Assembly (NCBI RefSeq): GCF_018350175.1
Contig: NC_058368.1
Coordinates: forward strand, 29,142,001-29,206,000
Direction of reading: 5' to 3'
Length of the DNA: 64,000 nt
From: Felis catus
Taxonomy: Eukaryota
This document shows, piece after piece, positions 38,931 to 53,619 of the stretch. Position 1 is the stretch's first letter. Each line of letters opens with the position of its first letter. The position numbers and the translations under genes are program-made. The notes under the pieces are model-generated. The model had not been told where the DNA came from. It ran no database searches and was given only the letters and a program-made list of their open reading frames with translations.

Positions 38931-39168
38931 CTAATTAGAATTGCATTTTTAAATGCAATTCCCGTGCTTTATAAAATACCAACAAATGCTTTACATCCTT
39001 ATGATGATAATTTTGGATCTATATTGGAGGGATTTTAAAAAACGAAGTCTGTGCCCCATGTGAAAATGAACAAAGCCAATGAAAGCTTTGTGATAGTCCA
39101 AGAGGAACAAATTCTTTAATGACCACTACATTCAGCAGCTTCTGCAAGATGTTATTACAAAAGCATTA

Positions 39169-39621
39169 CAGGTAGCCCTCTGGTTTTGTGAAAGTTTGTA
39201 TTACACCACTTTCACTTTTACCAAAGACCTACAGTGGTGCCTTCGCTTTCACAGAAAAAGGCAAAAAGTGAAAACAGCACTCAGCATTGGTTTTGCAGGG
39301 AGCCCTCACAGAGGCATCGCACACTCTCGGCAAGGAGAGGGACACCATCAGGTTCCCTCCTCCAGGAAGGACACTCAGCATCAGGCCACCATAGATTTGA
39401 ACTGTGTCTGTGAGCATCTGTGCTTTATCTCGATTTATTTTGTGCATCCATTAGCAAGATGCATCCTAAGATATCAGAAAAGCCGGAGAGGTTATTTTTG
39501 GGGTCTCGGAATGTTCAAAAATTTTTAATACAAACTAATGCTAATTGTGCTTCACTTTACACCATTTCAGCTTGAGAGGTTTCACAGGAACGCTCTACTT
39601 TCAGACAGCAGGGAAAATCTG
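39169..39621. mobile_element. Tigger-type DNA transposon relic (MER82-like)
   Basis: TA|CAGG...TCTG|TA termini; similarity to recalled consensus. Confidence 0.6.
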
Positions 39622-40009
39622 TATTCGAATTCACACATGTAAGCTCTTTACCATTTCTGACATCTCACCTCCCCTTTCTTCTCTGTCACCCTTATCCTAA
39701 GAATAAGTGGCGAATTTTGGCAAATGCTACCTTAAATAACCTACAGAAATTATTGGTAGGCACTGCCCCATGTTTTCACATGAATCAACCACTATTTACC
39801 AAAAACTCAACAGCAGTGCCATTACAGTCAAATAAAGCATACTACACACATATAATTTCAGCTCAACTATTATTAAACTAAAGTGAATAGTTTCTCTATT
39901 AACAGAATAGAAAAAATTATTAAATCATAGCATATTATTCACATGGAAATGTTTCTATAATAAGTTAGTAAAAAGATTACAGCAAAACTGAGTAAAGACC
40001 AAATTTTAC

Positions 40010-40116
40010 CTTTTCTGTATTGTAATATAAAGATTTCAAAGTAGTGAACAAGGGTGGGCAGCCTTTACTGAAGTTAATCCTCAGGAACTTATCCATTAGT
40101 TCTCTAAATTTTTCAC
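40010..40116 (-). CDS. NAA16: NAA16 exon 9 (107 nt): [36 protein letters not shown]
   Basis: Conserved KGCPP motif; TTCTAG / GTAAAA. Confidence 0.95.
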
Positions 40117-40729
40117 CTAGAAACAAAAGTGTACTTTGTTATATTTGAATTGATGCAAACAGTTCTCAAAGTGATTTTACAAATAAAAATAAACCTCCCT
40201 CAAAAACAATGATCCCTCCATCCTATTTTTAAACCCAAAAGTCTGTCAGCATTTATTGCTTGACTGTTACCACCCAAAAGGATAACACTAAATATCTTAG
40301 TTGGCAACTATCCTTTTCCCTAGATCTAGGTTAAAATATCTTCAAGGAACACTTCAAAAGATAAGTACACCAAATAACTGTGCAGCTTTAAGTAGTAGAA
40401 AAAGTTACTCACTATCCATTCTGAATACAGTCCCCATAGCAAGTCTCTTTCCTAACCTCACTGACTAGCACAGACTCGTCCTCATCTGCAGATACCTCAT
40501 AAGGCACGCTGAAGACTATAAAGAGATCCTACTGTAACCAGCAGCATATTTAACTGACAGCCAAAATATATTTTTAAACACTAAAGTAGTATTTGAAAAT
40601 GTTTTCCAAACCAATTAGTGATTTGCCTCAACATTCATTCCACAATCATCTTTCAAGCACCCATATGTGCCAGGCAGTGTTCTAGGCATTAGGGACATAG
40701 CGGTGACTAAAACAATTAAAAACAAATTC

Positions 40730-41991
40730 TGGGGCGCCTGAGTGGCTCAGTCGGTTAAGTGTCCAACTCTTGATCTCCGTTCAGGTCACAATCTCACACT
40801 TTGTGAGATCGTCACGCTGTCAGCGCAGAGCCTGCTTGGGATTCTCTCTCTCCCTCTCTCTCCCCCTCCCCCACTCATGCTCTCTTTCTCTCTCTCAAAA
40901 TAAATAAATGAATTAAATTTTCTGCCCTCTTGGAACTTAACATTCCAGTGGGTAGGATGGATAATACATAAAATAAACATATGTTAGACATTAGACTGAG
41001 CCCCAGAGCGTTTTAACATTAGAAGTAAATAATTCTATCATTATTAAACCCTTCCAAAAAAAACTTGGCATCACTTTCTGGAAGCAGGGGAAAAAATGGA
41101 AACTTTTTCATTTTAAATACAACACAAAGGCTTTAACTCAGTTAAGGCTTTAACTTTTTTGACAGGAAGAGTTATTATATAACGACATGGATTTGCCCAC
41201 TCATTAAAAAGAAAAAGATTACAGGGTGCCTGGGTGGCTCAGTCGGGTTAAGCATCCAACTTTGGCTCAGTTCATGATCTTGCGGCTTGTGAATTCGAGC
41301 CCCACATTGGGCTCTTTGCTGACAGCTCAGAGCCTGAAGCTTGCTTCAGCTTCTATGTCTCCCTCTCTCTACCCCTTCCCCAGCTCGCTCACTCTCTCTC
41401 TCTCTCAAAAATAAACATTAAAAAAAAAATTTTTAAAGAAAAAGATACATATGTCATAAATGGTTTAACCTAAAGTAAAACTATTAAACAATCCCTTAAA
41501 GTTTCATTATGAATCACAACACTTCACAAAAAAAATACCAACAACCCAAAGCGGTTATTTTTATTTGTTGTGATTGTATTGAACAAAACATGCATACTCA
41601 ATATAATTAGATGTCATAAAAATTTAAAAGAGATATTTAAATTTTATTAAGGGGAAAGTTTACCAAATATAAAAACAGGTTCAACATTCGTTAATGTACT
41701 ATAAAAACCATTTCCAGATAATCTCTAAATCTTTTATTAGATCATACACAAAGTATATTATGGGTTAAATAGACATCATTACTTCTTTAAAAATCAAAAG
41801 TAGTTTTAGAGATCAAATCTTTCCAGCACTTCCTCTGATATAAGGCAAAAGTTAACAATACTGGGGCGCCTGGGTAGCTCAGTTGGTTAAGCATCCGACT
41901 CTTGATTTTAGCTCAGGTCATGATGATCTCAAGGTTCGTGAGTTTGAGTCCTGCCCTGGGCTCAGCACTGACAGCTCAGAGCCTGCTAGGG

Positions 41992-42043
<52 letters not shown>

Positions 42044-42090
42044 CTTCCTGTGCTTGCTCTCTCTTTCAAAATAAATACTTTTTTTTTTTT
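40730..42090 (+). mobile_element. Three separate Can-SINEs: 40730-40915 (internally deleted), 41224-41432, 41863-42090 (expanded (CT)n)
   Basis: Canonical heads and tails; TSD aagttaacaata for the last copy. Confidence 0.85.
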
Positions 42091-44288
42091 AAGTTAACAA
42101 TATTGTGGTGGACCAGTGGGATGCAGCTGTTTAGAGAAATGTGTATTCTTCCACTTCTGTGTGACCTTGGACAAGTAACCAACCTGTCCACTAAAATCCT
42201 CACTTTCCTCACTGTAGGTGAGGGTAACAATGCTAGCAGCCTCAAGAGCCCTCCTGCATGGCTCAAACCAGAATATAAGTATATAGCAGTAAAGAGTGTC
42301 TGGCATACAGTAACTATTTAATAAATGTTGTCTATCATCACATGCCATGATAACCTGACAGCTACTGCATTTCTATAGTTAAGAATCTTTTCCATATTTG
42401 CAGACATCCACTGAGAAACCAAGCATAGTATCTTCATGTCAGAGGCTATTCTGAACTCCTCTTCTTCCTCAACTTTCTCAGTCAATTCAGATCATCCTGG
42501 CAGATTGAAGTTAAAAGACAATGTAGTCCATTCTCAATTATCCATAATTTTGAAAGTCCCTTCTCCCGTTAAACTGTTAGACTGTGCAGCTGTGAGAAAG
42601 AATGGGGAAGTTCTTCATGTGCTGATGTAAAGCACAGACACAGAGTTAAGTGGAAAGAAAACCCAAGTGCACAGCAATCTATGCTACCATTTTTGTACAA
42701 AAGAGGGAGAAAAAAAGAAAGCTATACACAAACCCACACACACATTTGTGCTTGTATATGCACAATATGTTTATGGAAGTATACACCACCTACTGGTAAC
42801 AATGCAGCCACTAGAGAAGGAGGTGGTCAGAGGAAGGACAGGAAAAACTTTCCACTTAAAAAATCATTTTACCTGGAACTATAATGCATTATCTAAATAA
42901 GAAGCCTACAGACAGCTATTCAAATGCTCAGTCACATACTATATTCTAAAATTACTTACCATGACTCAGCTCATAAGGTTTTCTTTAGGCATAACAAAAA
43001 CCCCTTCACAAAAGCAAATAATCTCTCTTCTTCCTAATTATTTTTAAATAATCTTTAGTACCCCCCACAGTGTTTCCTTTAGGGGTAAAAAAAAAAAAAA
43101 AAAAAAAAAAGACTGTCAATCATTAAGTGCCTGCTTAGCATAACCACTTACCAAACAGGTTATCTGTCTACACAGATGCTATGCTAATTCTTCTCCAGAT
43201 GTGTAGTATAGATTCAATAAAAATTGCTGTCTCAAAAACCAGTGCTAAAATAATACAATCAGCAAGATCAGACTGTGTGTGATTCACTGGGAATTTATTC
43301 TAAATCATGGAGAATGTTGTCAATATAAAAAAGAAATAATTATATGACCTGATGAAGGTGTTAGCTAGCATACTATGGTACCACTATAGTAATAATACAA
43401 TGTATAAATGTATCAAATCAAGAGTTATACACCTTAAACTTCTATAATGTTATATGTAATTATATCTCAATAGTAAGTAATCCAATGAAAAAGAATGGAG
43501 TAAAATTTGATCAGAACTTTATGTTTAATACTCTGGATTATCTCCTTCTCTCTCTCCCCTGCCTTGGCCAGTGAAGACTAATAGAACATGATGAAGTAAA
43601 CCAGTTCTTTTGAAAAGTAGCTATATCCCTGCATTATTTTCATAGCGCTTAATATTTTCAACGGTTGGAGAATCTACTTAGGAGTTCTGTGTTCACTACT
43701 TGACAGTTTTAAGCCTTTTTAACTAAAAACTGAAAACTCTTTTTTAAAACTTTCACCTTGCATTCTCAAGTTCCATGTTTCTTGAATAAAAATCTTATTG
43801 TTTTTGACAATATCAAGATGCTTTTCTTATTACACATAAAAATATTTCTAGACAGGCAAAACAACATGAAGTATTTAGCTTCTACAGAGGTACAATTAGG
43901 TATCTGTGTGATTTTATATATGTTCACTGGAGCTTTGTAAGTCCATGGATGTTAGAACCTCACAGTGATGTGACCTTGAAGTTGACCTTGAAGTCCGTGC
44001 CATCAGACCCTTCAACTGAGCCCTATCTTGTATAAAGATACCTTTAGCCTTTCAAAGACAGAGTGCCCAGAGAGTCCAAGATAATTCCACTTAAAGCTAA
44101 ATTGCACTTTATAATCAACAGTTGGTTCCAAGCTATCTTTCAATAAAAATATATTTCCTGTCATGTACTAAGAGTTTTTAGCAAACTTTATTAACTATGA
44201 GAAAAACTCAAGGCAGTGTAAATTTGAAGTTCCATGTTCCATTAAGGAATAACAGAACTAAGATATCTTGTTAATAATCTTAAAGTTA

Positions 44289-44905
44289 GGGGTGCCTGGG
44301 TGGTTCGGCCGGTTATGTGTTCAACTCTTGATTTTGGCTTAGGTCATGATCTCAAGGTTCGTGAGTTCAAGCCCCGCTATGGGGACTCTGTGCTGACAGT
44401 GCAGAGCCTGCTTAGGATTCTCTCTCTCTCCCTCTCAAAATAAATAAATAAACATTAAAATAATAACTATAAAGTTAAATGAGTTTTCCTTCTTTCCTAA
44501 GAGGCACATAGATGCATCTGAAAACTCCAAACTAAGAGAATATCCCCACCCACAACATGACACAAGACATACATTATATATGGAGACCAATTTTAAAAAA
44601 AAGAAGCCAGACACAAAGGCCACATGTGGTATGATTCCATTTGTATGAAACGTCCAGAACAGACAACTCCACAGGTACAGGAAGTAGATTAGCGGCCGCC
44701 TGGTGCTGGAAGTGCAGGGGGAGTGCGGCCTGACGCAGGAAGTGCGGGGAGTGAGGTTTCTTTTGGGAGGGACAAAAACTTTCTGAAATCAGATCGTGAC
44801 AATAGTTGCACAATTCCATGAATACACTAAAACATGGAGTTGCATACTTTAAAAAGTGAATTATATGGCACGTGAATTCTATTTCAAATGCTGTTATTTA
44901 AAAAA
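44289..44905 (+). mobile_element. Can-SINE (44289-44470) and L1MB-like 3' end (~44595-44905)
   Basis: aaaggccacatgtggtatgattccattt...tttcaaatgctgtt. Confidence 0.75.
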
Positions 44906-45986
44906 AGACATATAAAAATGTGAAGCCAAACATCCTCAATGAAACACACATGGGAATGCTCCTTCTTGCATAGGACATCCCATCTCAGAAATTCACAATG
45001 CAGGTATGAACGTTCTAACAGGTCCCACAGAAACCTGACTGCTGTGTTCAATCCAAAGTTTCCCCGACTCACTCGACTGACGAACATCTCAGCACACCAG
45101 TACCCTCCCCACCGAGTCTGATACTAGCCACGTGAGCATAATGTTCCCGGAAAAACATCAGGGAAATCTGCTTTCGGTATTCATAAAGCCAAAACAAAAA
45201 TGAGAGCATCAGAAGAATACCATTTATCATCTGTGGAACTAAGACATACTAGTGGAAAATGAACTGTTTACAATAAACTCGTACTGACTATCTGATACAT
45301 TTCTAACAGGTACTTCATACATTTTTAAAGTCAGTAACTAAAAACTTTTTAATTTCCATAAATCTTTAGATAAAGAAAATTATAACCCAATTATCTGCAC
45401 TATAAGTGAAAATTCATTAGAAAATATACCCCCTCCGCACCCCATGCCTAGAATAGATCTTTTTTAAGTTCTATTAGCTTTCTAGGGTCTGACTTAATAT
45501 CAGAAGACATGCCAGAAGTCCCAACAAATAATTCATAATCTACAGCACCTCCAGCTAAAAACAGAGACAACTGACAGCTCTAAGAAAAAGGCACAAATCT
45601 TCAGATGTTAACTATCTGAAGAACTAATATACTTTTACTTCCTCTAGACCCAAAAGTGAAGGAGTTCAACCACTTGCACAACTTGGATCACAGTCATGCA
45701 TATACTGCTGTTCGATAAAAGCAAGTCACAGAATACAAACCATAGTGCGCCAATTTACATTATGTACAAAAGCAGGGAGGGACGGGGTGGGGGGGTTGTT
45801 TTTCTAAGGCTACAAAATGCATGGAGCTCTGTAAAAACAAGCGCATGATAAAGGCGAATTTCAGGGAAGCAGACAACTCTGAAGACAGAGTGCCTTCACA
45901 GAGAATAGTAACGTTCTTAAACACTGTGGTGGACACAAAGGGCTCCCCACTCTTTCTCTGAATTTGTGCTCTAAAAAGAAGACCCA

Positions 45987-46208
45987 GGGGCACCTGGGTG
46001 GTTCAGTTGGTTAAGCATCTGACTTCGGCTCAGATCATGATTTCTCGGTTTGTGAGTCTGAGCCCCGCGTTGGGCTCTGTGTGGACAGCTCAGAGCCTGG
46101 AGCCTGCTGCAGATTCTGTGTCTCCCTCTCTCTCTGACCCTCCCCCACTATCCTTTCCCTCTCTCTCTCTCTCTGTCAAAAATAAATAAAAACCATTAAA
46201 AAAAAAAA
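45987..46208 (+). mobile_element. Can-SINE
   Basis: Canonical structure. Confidence 0.88.
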
Positions 46209-46546
46209 GACCTAAAACTTCAAAACTTCTACCACTTAAATCATAGTACCTCACATAGGATTTGTTGTTTCTAGGGAATTTAATTGATCTTCTAAATCTA
46301 GTGTTTAATTTTTAAAGTCACATGAGAAAAACAATCTCTAAAAAGGTAATTTCAAATACTTGAGACAAACATATAGCCATATGCTCAACATTCTTATTAA
46401 CACATGCATAATAAATTTATAACTGATCACTCCCACCCCCAAGATTGGTGACGATATAAACTCTGTACAAGAAACAACTTTTTTAAATGTGAATGATGTT
46501 GAATAACAAATAATTATTAGTGTTACAAAAGATATCCTAATATTAC

Positions 46547-46642
46547 CTGGGGCAAGATTCAAAGGTAATCTTCTAGGTGAAATTGCTCTGGGGTGCTGCT
46601 TACTAATTTCTTCATAAATTTGGAGCCTCTCTTCTAAAGTGC
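46547..46642 (-). CDS. NAA16: NAA16 exon 8 (96 nt): STLEERLQIYEEISKQHPRAISPRRLPLNLAP
   Basis: Manual translation; conserved PRRLPL motif; TAATAG / GTAATA. Confidence 0.94.
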
Positions 46643-47310
46643 CTATTATCAGTAAATATGTGTGAGATTCAAAGCATCAGAACTTTTTATCTACGAAAAA
46701 ATGCTAATAAACTTTTTAAAAATGTTATAAATAAAGATTGCATTGTCAATATTAAAGCTGTGCCCAATTTTTATAAGAATGACATGAAAACTCTGTGGTG
46801 GTGAAACACATAATCAGCAAAACACCATTTTAAACCCAACCTCCAGATAAATCCAAAACTTCTTTCATCACAACAGATTCTAAAACCAACTCAAATCATA
46901 CCCATGCAAGACACAGAGACTCAAGATACACAGCACTTCCATTCATTAGCGCACAACCCATGAAAAAGAAAGTCCTCCTTCAAGACTTATCTTACACAAA
47001 CTCTCTAGCCCGATGAAGCCTACACACCTCCCCACAAAAGGCTGTAACACCCATTGATTAGGTTTTAAAAAGCAACTGTTTCAGCATCATGAATGTGAAT
47101 GTCTTATAGTTTAAAAAGTGAACTAAATTTCTAAGGTAGCTTTAACACTTAAAATCTTCAATGAAACTCCATTATAAAGAATCCGATTCATACAGATTGT
47201 TTAAAGTGGCAAATTATTTCTCCCAAATATAGTGATACAAAATATACTTCTAACAGAAGGTTGGGTCTTCCCTCCCAAGACCAAATTAATTTTATAGTAC
47301 TGAATAGAAA

Positions 47311-47408
47311 ACATATATATACATATATATATACATATATATATACATATATATATATATACACACACACATATACATATACATATATACATATATACAT
47401 ATACACAC
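47311..47408 (+). repeat. Compound (TA/CA)n microsatellite
   Basis: Read directly. Confidence 0.9.
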
Positions 47409-49157
47409 AAACTACATGTGACTCTGCAATAACAATTTGCAAGGTAGGATCTGGGTCCAGTTCATTATTCTAAAATAATATCTACCATAATTTACAAAGA
47501 GAGATTATATGCACTGTTTCATATAAGCAATAAGACAATTTACAACAGAATTTTAAGAGAAAGCAAACAAATTTGATTTTAAACTGTAAGGTTTTTAATT
47601 GATTTCAACTCAGAAAATGGAAATATTTTGTAAGAAGAACCCTTGGTGCTAGCAATCAAGGTATCTCCATCCTAAATGTAGTGTTCACTATCGAGACTAT
47701 AAATGTAACACTTAAAAAGGTAATGTTTGATTTTGTTTAAACTCTTTCCTTCCCCCAGTAGTATGTTTTGGAGCTCCAATGTGGTAGGATTCAAAACCTG
47801 GGATACATGAAAGATAATTTTTACATTCTGTTAACAATCTGGAGATTTCATGAAATATCAAGGACCCTTATACTAAAATTTACATGAAGGCTATTTACTG
47901 CTTTTAAAAGGCAGGTCTCATATTTAAGCCTAATCCTAAGAATATAAGAAAAAAAAATTCCCCACTATCCCAAATATAACAAGTCTTATAAATGTAGTTA
48001 AGACAAAACCAAACCATTCCAATGTCCTATTTGAAGTCACAAGTTGGAGCTCCAGAACTTACCATGGGGGAGAAAAGGTCCTATGGAACCTAAAAAGATA
48101 AAGTAATATAATTAGTTTGTAATCAAAGTATTTTATAGTAAGCATGGTTCTTGACATGGAACAGGTTATATTCAGCTTACTAAACATTTAAATATCTGTA
48201 TTATTAACTACATGTCAGTAACTGATAGTTTAAAGAAAAACATCACAGTTATCTTGCATTTCCAACCTTCAAACAGAAAACTTTTGTCCTGATTTTTTAA
48301 AAATACAAATTATTGATGTAATCAATAATTTTTGTTTTCATCATTTTCTTAAAAACAATTTAAAGGAAACAATTAACGACCTGTGATATTAAATTTTAAA
48401 CACTAACAGAAAACCTGGTAATTCATAGTGATGAGAACACAACAAAAAATTTTTCTCATGGCTTACACTTCTATAAATGAGTATGAGTAGCTACCTATTT
48501 TTACCATATCTTTAAATTTAAAAGTTCTGCTGTTTCAACACCCTTGAGCCACATTTTCAAAATTATTTCAGCCATGTATTTATCCATGAGTAAATATACT
48601 AGGAATATTAACTGCTCTGAGCAACATTTAATTATGAAAATACTAGGGAAAATTGCAATTCTGGATTTCCAAAAAGGATAGTTTACCTAATTTGAAAAGA
48701 AGATATGTGACATTTTGCTCTATGCAAAGTAGCCCAGCCTGAAATTTAGAGGATAATTTTCATGCTGATGCTATACAATACATATCCGCAGCAAAACTGC
48801 TTTGGCCTAATTCTTATGTTTAAAGGCTGAGGGTAACAAACCTCTAATTCTTTAAAAAATACTAAATAACTACGTTTCCCAGAAATGGAACGGCTCACTT
48901 TCCTCCCCAGCTCTCTAGTTAGCCTAAATTGGTAACATTTTAATGGGTCGAGGAACTTAAAATTATCTGTGAGCATTTATCACTAAAGTATAAATAAATA
49001 TCTGAACTCATCTTCACTGCCATGTTTAACCTGTAATTCTCCTAAATGGAAAAATAAATGCTAATGCTAAAAATATCTGTCCTCAAATATTATTACAACT
49101 TTGCATTCACTTCAAGCACTAGTGAAGATAAGGTAGAGGAGAAAAATAATTACATAC

Positions 49158-49277
49158 TAAGTTGCAGAGCTTTTTCCAAGCCTTCATAATAACACCAATT
49201 TTCTGCATTCCGATCAATCAAGTTTTTGAATACTTCACTGGCTTCTTTTAATCTTCCCAATTTCAACAGCATTTCCC
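49158..49277 (-). CDS. NAA16: NAA16 exon 7 (120 nt): GEMLLKLGRLKEASEVFKNLIDRNAENWCYYEGLEKALQL
   Basis: Manual translation; TTTTAG / GTATGT. Confidence 0.94.
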
Positions 49278-51115
49278 CTAAAATTAAGTTTAAATTCACA
49301 TTCATTTTACTCAAACATTAAATAATTTTCTGATCTCATAGATTTCACTAAGCAGTATTAACATACTAGATATTTATGAAAAAACTGTATGTGCTTCCCT
49401 TTGGGACATGTTGCAGTTTATACCACTAAACACAGATTAATTCACAGCTTGTCTTCAGAAGTGAACCTTCATTTACACATTCTATTATATACTAACATTC
49501 TAATATTATAATTATAATATAAATAGCATAATAAATATTAATATAATTATTAATTATATATATTATATATAAAATTATAATTATAATATTATAAGCTAAC
49601 ATTTTGGCTCCCTCCCACACTCCAAATATACATATAGTATATTAAGTTCTTGGTAAAAATATTTGTATTATACACGTTTTTATATACCCTTAACAACAAT
49701 TAAAGACTCCCAACACAGATTGGTAAGTAATTCGAATGAAATATCCCTACATTCCTAGTGCTAGATTTGAATGTACTTTTCCTGATCAATTCCTATATTA
49801 AAAATTTTCCATTCAATTCTCTTAGATTCCTTTCTACATCACTAAAATTGCCAAAGTTTAACTCAGTGAAGCAAAAACACTAAGTACCACTTCACAGCTA
49901 GAAACCACATAAACCAGATTCACACGTGGATCACCCCTAGGGTCCAAATCCTTTTACCAAGCCACACAAATTGGAAGTAGGTTTGGAAAATGAGTATCTA
50001 AACTTCTCAGGTAGAATACAAAGTGCACGTAATCCAAGGTAAAAGAGAGATTCTCAAAAAAGAGTATACCTCAACTTCCTATTGCTATTTCCCCTTCCCC
50101 AATCTATTTCAAAGGAAGAAACCTTTGAAATGTCTTCAGACATATTATTTCAGCTTTCATCATCTGGGAGGGGACAATATATTAAAGTGGTTATTACATG
50201 CTATTATTTTACTATTTTTATGTATTACTCAAGCTCTAGAAGAAGACTAACTCGATATAATTTCCAGCTTTACCATTTTCTAACTCTGTGACCCTGAGCA
50301 TGTTACAAGCTTCCAATGTCCACTTACCTATAAAATATCGACTACCTCTGTCTGCTTTTGTGATATATTAATTTAAACTGGTTAGTTAGCACAATGCTTG
50401 GCCCAAAACGAATGCACACAAGTGTTTGCTACTTAAAAGTATAAACATGCCACATTCCTCCACAATTAATTTCTGGCTAGTCCAGTTTTTACCTGGCTTA
50501 CCCTAGGTAAATAGACAACAACACAGATTTCAATTCCAAAAACCTTTGTTTTCTGCTACCATCACAGGCAAAGATTATTACTAGAGGACTACACAGAACA
50601 AAAAATACATTTGCATATTCATAAAGTAAGTGAAGATTTCTAACATTTTTTGTTTATTAAAGGATCTTAATATGCTAAGGACTACAAAAGACATCAATGT
50701 GTAAATGTCAAAGGTCTCTCTGGGCCCTGCGAAGTTCACCGAAAAAATAATACTCTAACTTGTCTCTATAAGCAGTATAAAGTACTGGCTTTATATTCAA
50801 GATGATGGCCCCCAAATTCCCCTCACTAGCAACATATGGATGAATGTGGCAACACTGCAACTTGCACACTGTTTGAACTAGAACTGATCTCACTATATCT
50901 TATCTACTTTTTAATCACTGCATTCTGGACTGCTGTTACAAGAGAGAGAGAAAGCAACCCGAGTTAAGAGTTAATCAAGAAATAGCAATAATACAACAGA
51001 ATATAAAAATAATTGCCATTTTCTTTGCTCCCATCAATTATAAGTGATAGAAGAAAGAAACCAGAACATTAAATAATTTATCGCCATTTTACCACTGTTT
51101 GAAAAATACTGTTGT

Positions 51116-51589
51116 TCAATAGCCAAATAATGAAAAGAGCCCAAATGTCCATCGACTGATGAATGGATAAAGATGTGGTATATATTATTACTCAGCCATA
51201 AAAAAAGAAATCTTGCCATTTGCAACGACATGGATGGAGCTAGAGATCATTATGCTAAGCAAAATAAATCAGAGAAAGGCAAATACCATATGATTTCACT
51301 CTTATGTGGAATTTAAGAAACAAAACAGATGAACACAGTGGGGGAAAAATAGGCAAACCATAAAGCAGACTCTTAACTATAGATATCAAACCGAGGACTG
51401 ACAGAGGGAGGTAGGCATGTGGAATGGGCTAGATGAGTGATGGGTACTAAGGAGGGCACGTGTTGTGATGAGCATCGGGTGTTGTGTATAAGTGATGAAT
51501 CACTAAATTCCACACATGAAACTAATTATTACACTGTATGTTAACTATATGTATAACTGGAATTTTTTAAATAAAAACTTGGAAAAATA

Positions 51590-51620
<31 letters not shown>

Positions 51621-51623
51621 ATA
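51116..51623 (+). mobile_element. 5'-truncated carnivore L1 3' end with (TAAA)n tail
   Basis: Near-perfect TSD gaaaaatactgttgt / gaaaaatagtgttgt. Confidence 0.85.
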
Positions 51624-51729
51624 GAAAAATAGTGTTGTCATTAGTATTATTCACAAAAATTAAATCCGTAAGTTTCTATACATTAACTAGAAGAGTTGAG
51701 AATAGCAGTGAAAAGTAAGGACTCATGAA

Positions 51730-52343
51730 AAGAAATGAAGGACTCTTAAATTACTATGTGAAAAAAGCTAATCTAAAAAAGCTACATACTACATGATTCC
51801 AACTATATAACATTCTGGAAAAGGCGCACCTATGGAGATAGTAAAAGGATCAGTGGTGGTCAGGAGCTGGGGGCAAGGACAAACAAATAGGCAGAGCACA
51901 GAGGGTTGTGTAGCAATGAAACTACTCTACATGACACTACAGTGGTGGATATATGTCAAAACCTAGACAGTATATAATACCGAGAGTGAACTTTAATGTA
52001 AACTGTAGACTTTGGGTGGTAATTACATTCAGTGTAGGTTCACTAATTGCAACAAATATACCATTCTGCTGGGGGATGTTGATAATGGTAGGGGAGGCTG
52101 TGCATGTGTGAGGACAGAGAGTATATGTGAAATCTCTGTACCTTCCACTCAATTTTGCAGTGAACGTAAAATTGGCTCTATAAAAATGAAGACTTTAAAT
52201 TTAAAACAAACAACAATAAAAAAAAAAAAGTAGGGGCACCTGGCTGGCTCAGTTGGTAGAGCATACGACTCTTGATCTTGGGGTCCTGAGTTCAAGCCCC
52301 ATGTTGGGTATAGAGTTTACTTTAAAAAATAAGTAAATAAAAT

Positions 52344-52391
<48 letters not shown>

Positions 52392-52468
52392 AAATTAAAA
52401 TAATATGCAATAAAATAAAAATAAATCATAATCATGATCATAATAATAATAATAAATTAAAATAAAAT
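51730..52468 (+). mobile_element. L1MC-like 3' UTR followed by a short SINE (52233-52468) with a long (TAAA)n tail
   Basis: atgattccaactatataacattctggaaaagg motif; tRNA-like head. Confidence 0.75.
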
Positions 52469-53308
52469 AAGGGCTCTGAAGCCCAGGAAGATGTATTTAC
52501 AAATTAACTCTACCACCTAAAAGGCTGGGTGACTTTGGGCAAGTCTTTAACCTCTCTAAACTTTAGTCTCCTCAACTATAAAATGGGGATAATCTACCCA
52601 TGTTAGAAGTGCTAAAAAATTAAATGAAATAAAGAAGTTTAAACAATTACCATACTCTGAGACGCAGGAAAAGTAAATAAATCTTAGCTATTATTTTTAT
52701 GAAGTTTAGAAGTCCCACAACTATATGAAACTTTAGTTTTAAGCTAATTATTGCTTTAGTTGTTCATTTTATTATGTACTGCTCAGAGAATGTTAACTGA
52801 TGAGCAAACTTTGTTTTAAACAAATGTACTTGACCCTTTGTTGATGAACATTTTAAACAAACTATTTATTATCAGGATCCTGCCTTCATAATTAGCCCAT
52901 ATTGAAAATAAATCAATCTTACTTTCATAATGACCCCAGTGTCATCATTTCATGGATATATATTTGGGAGTGAGAAGTATGAAGGGAGTATAAGACACTG
53001 CCTACGAAAATGGAATCTGGAGCCAAAATCCCTAGACTCAAATCCAGGTTTACCCAGCTTACTTAGCTGTATAACTTTGGGCAAAGCACTTAACCAGTCT
53101 GATTCCTCAGCCCCTCCTCTCTAAAATGAATATAAGAACCATATCATGGTATTATTCTGAGGATTAATTTAATAGACATTAGATTAATAATAAAAATTTT
53201 TTTATTACATACGAAGTCTTATTTAAGTACTAGGGCAGAGTAAAGTATGTAGCTTTTATTCTTTTCTTTAATTGAGGCCACTGATAAAGAAAAAGCAGGT
53301 CAACTTAC

Positions 53309-53462
53309 CTTTAATTTCTTCCACCAAAAGTTTATCACATATCTGTTTCTCATATGTTTCTATATGTTCCAAAGATTCCTGAAATAGGTCTGCCTCTCTC
53401 ATCACTTGATTCTGGTATAGTATCAGTTCACTATATTCATAGTCTATTTTGTTGGGAGGAAC
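53309..53462 (-). CDS. NAA16: NAA16 exon 6 (154 nt): [51 protein letters not shown]
   Basis: Manual translation; TTTCAG / GTAAGT boundaries; phase fits neighbours. Confidence 0.95.
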
Positions 53463-53619
53463 CTGAAAAAAATTAACAAAAATTATTTATATAATTATAT
53501 AAAACAGTTATACACCTTTAATCGCTTCCTCGGAAGAGTCACTCACATAGATTAAAAAAAGCAACTGAGAAGCAATTACAAATAGAAGAGTGATTAATAG
53601 TGAAGAAAATTAATATTCT

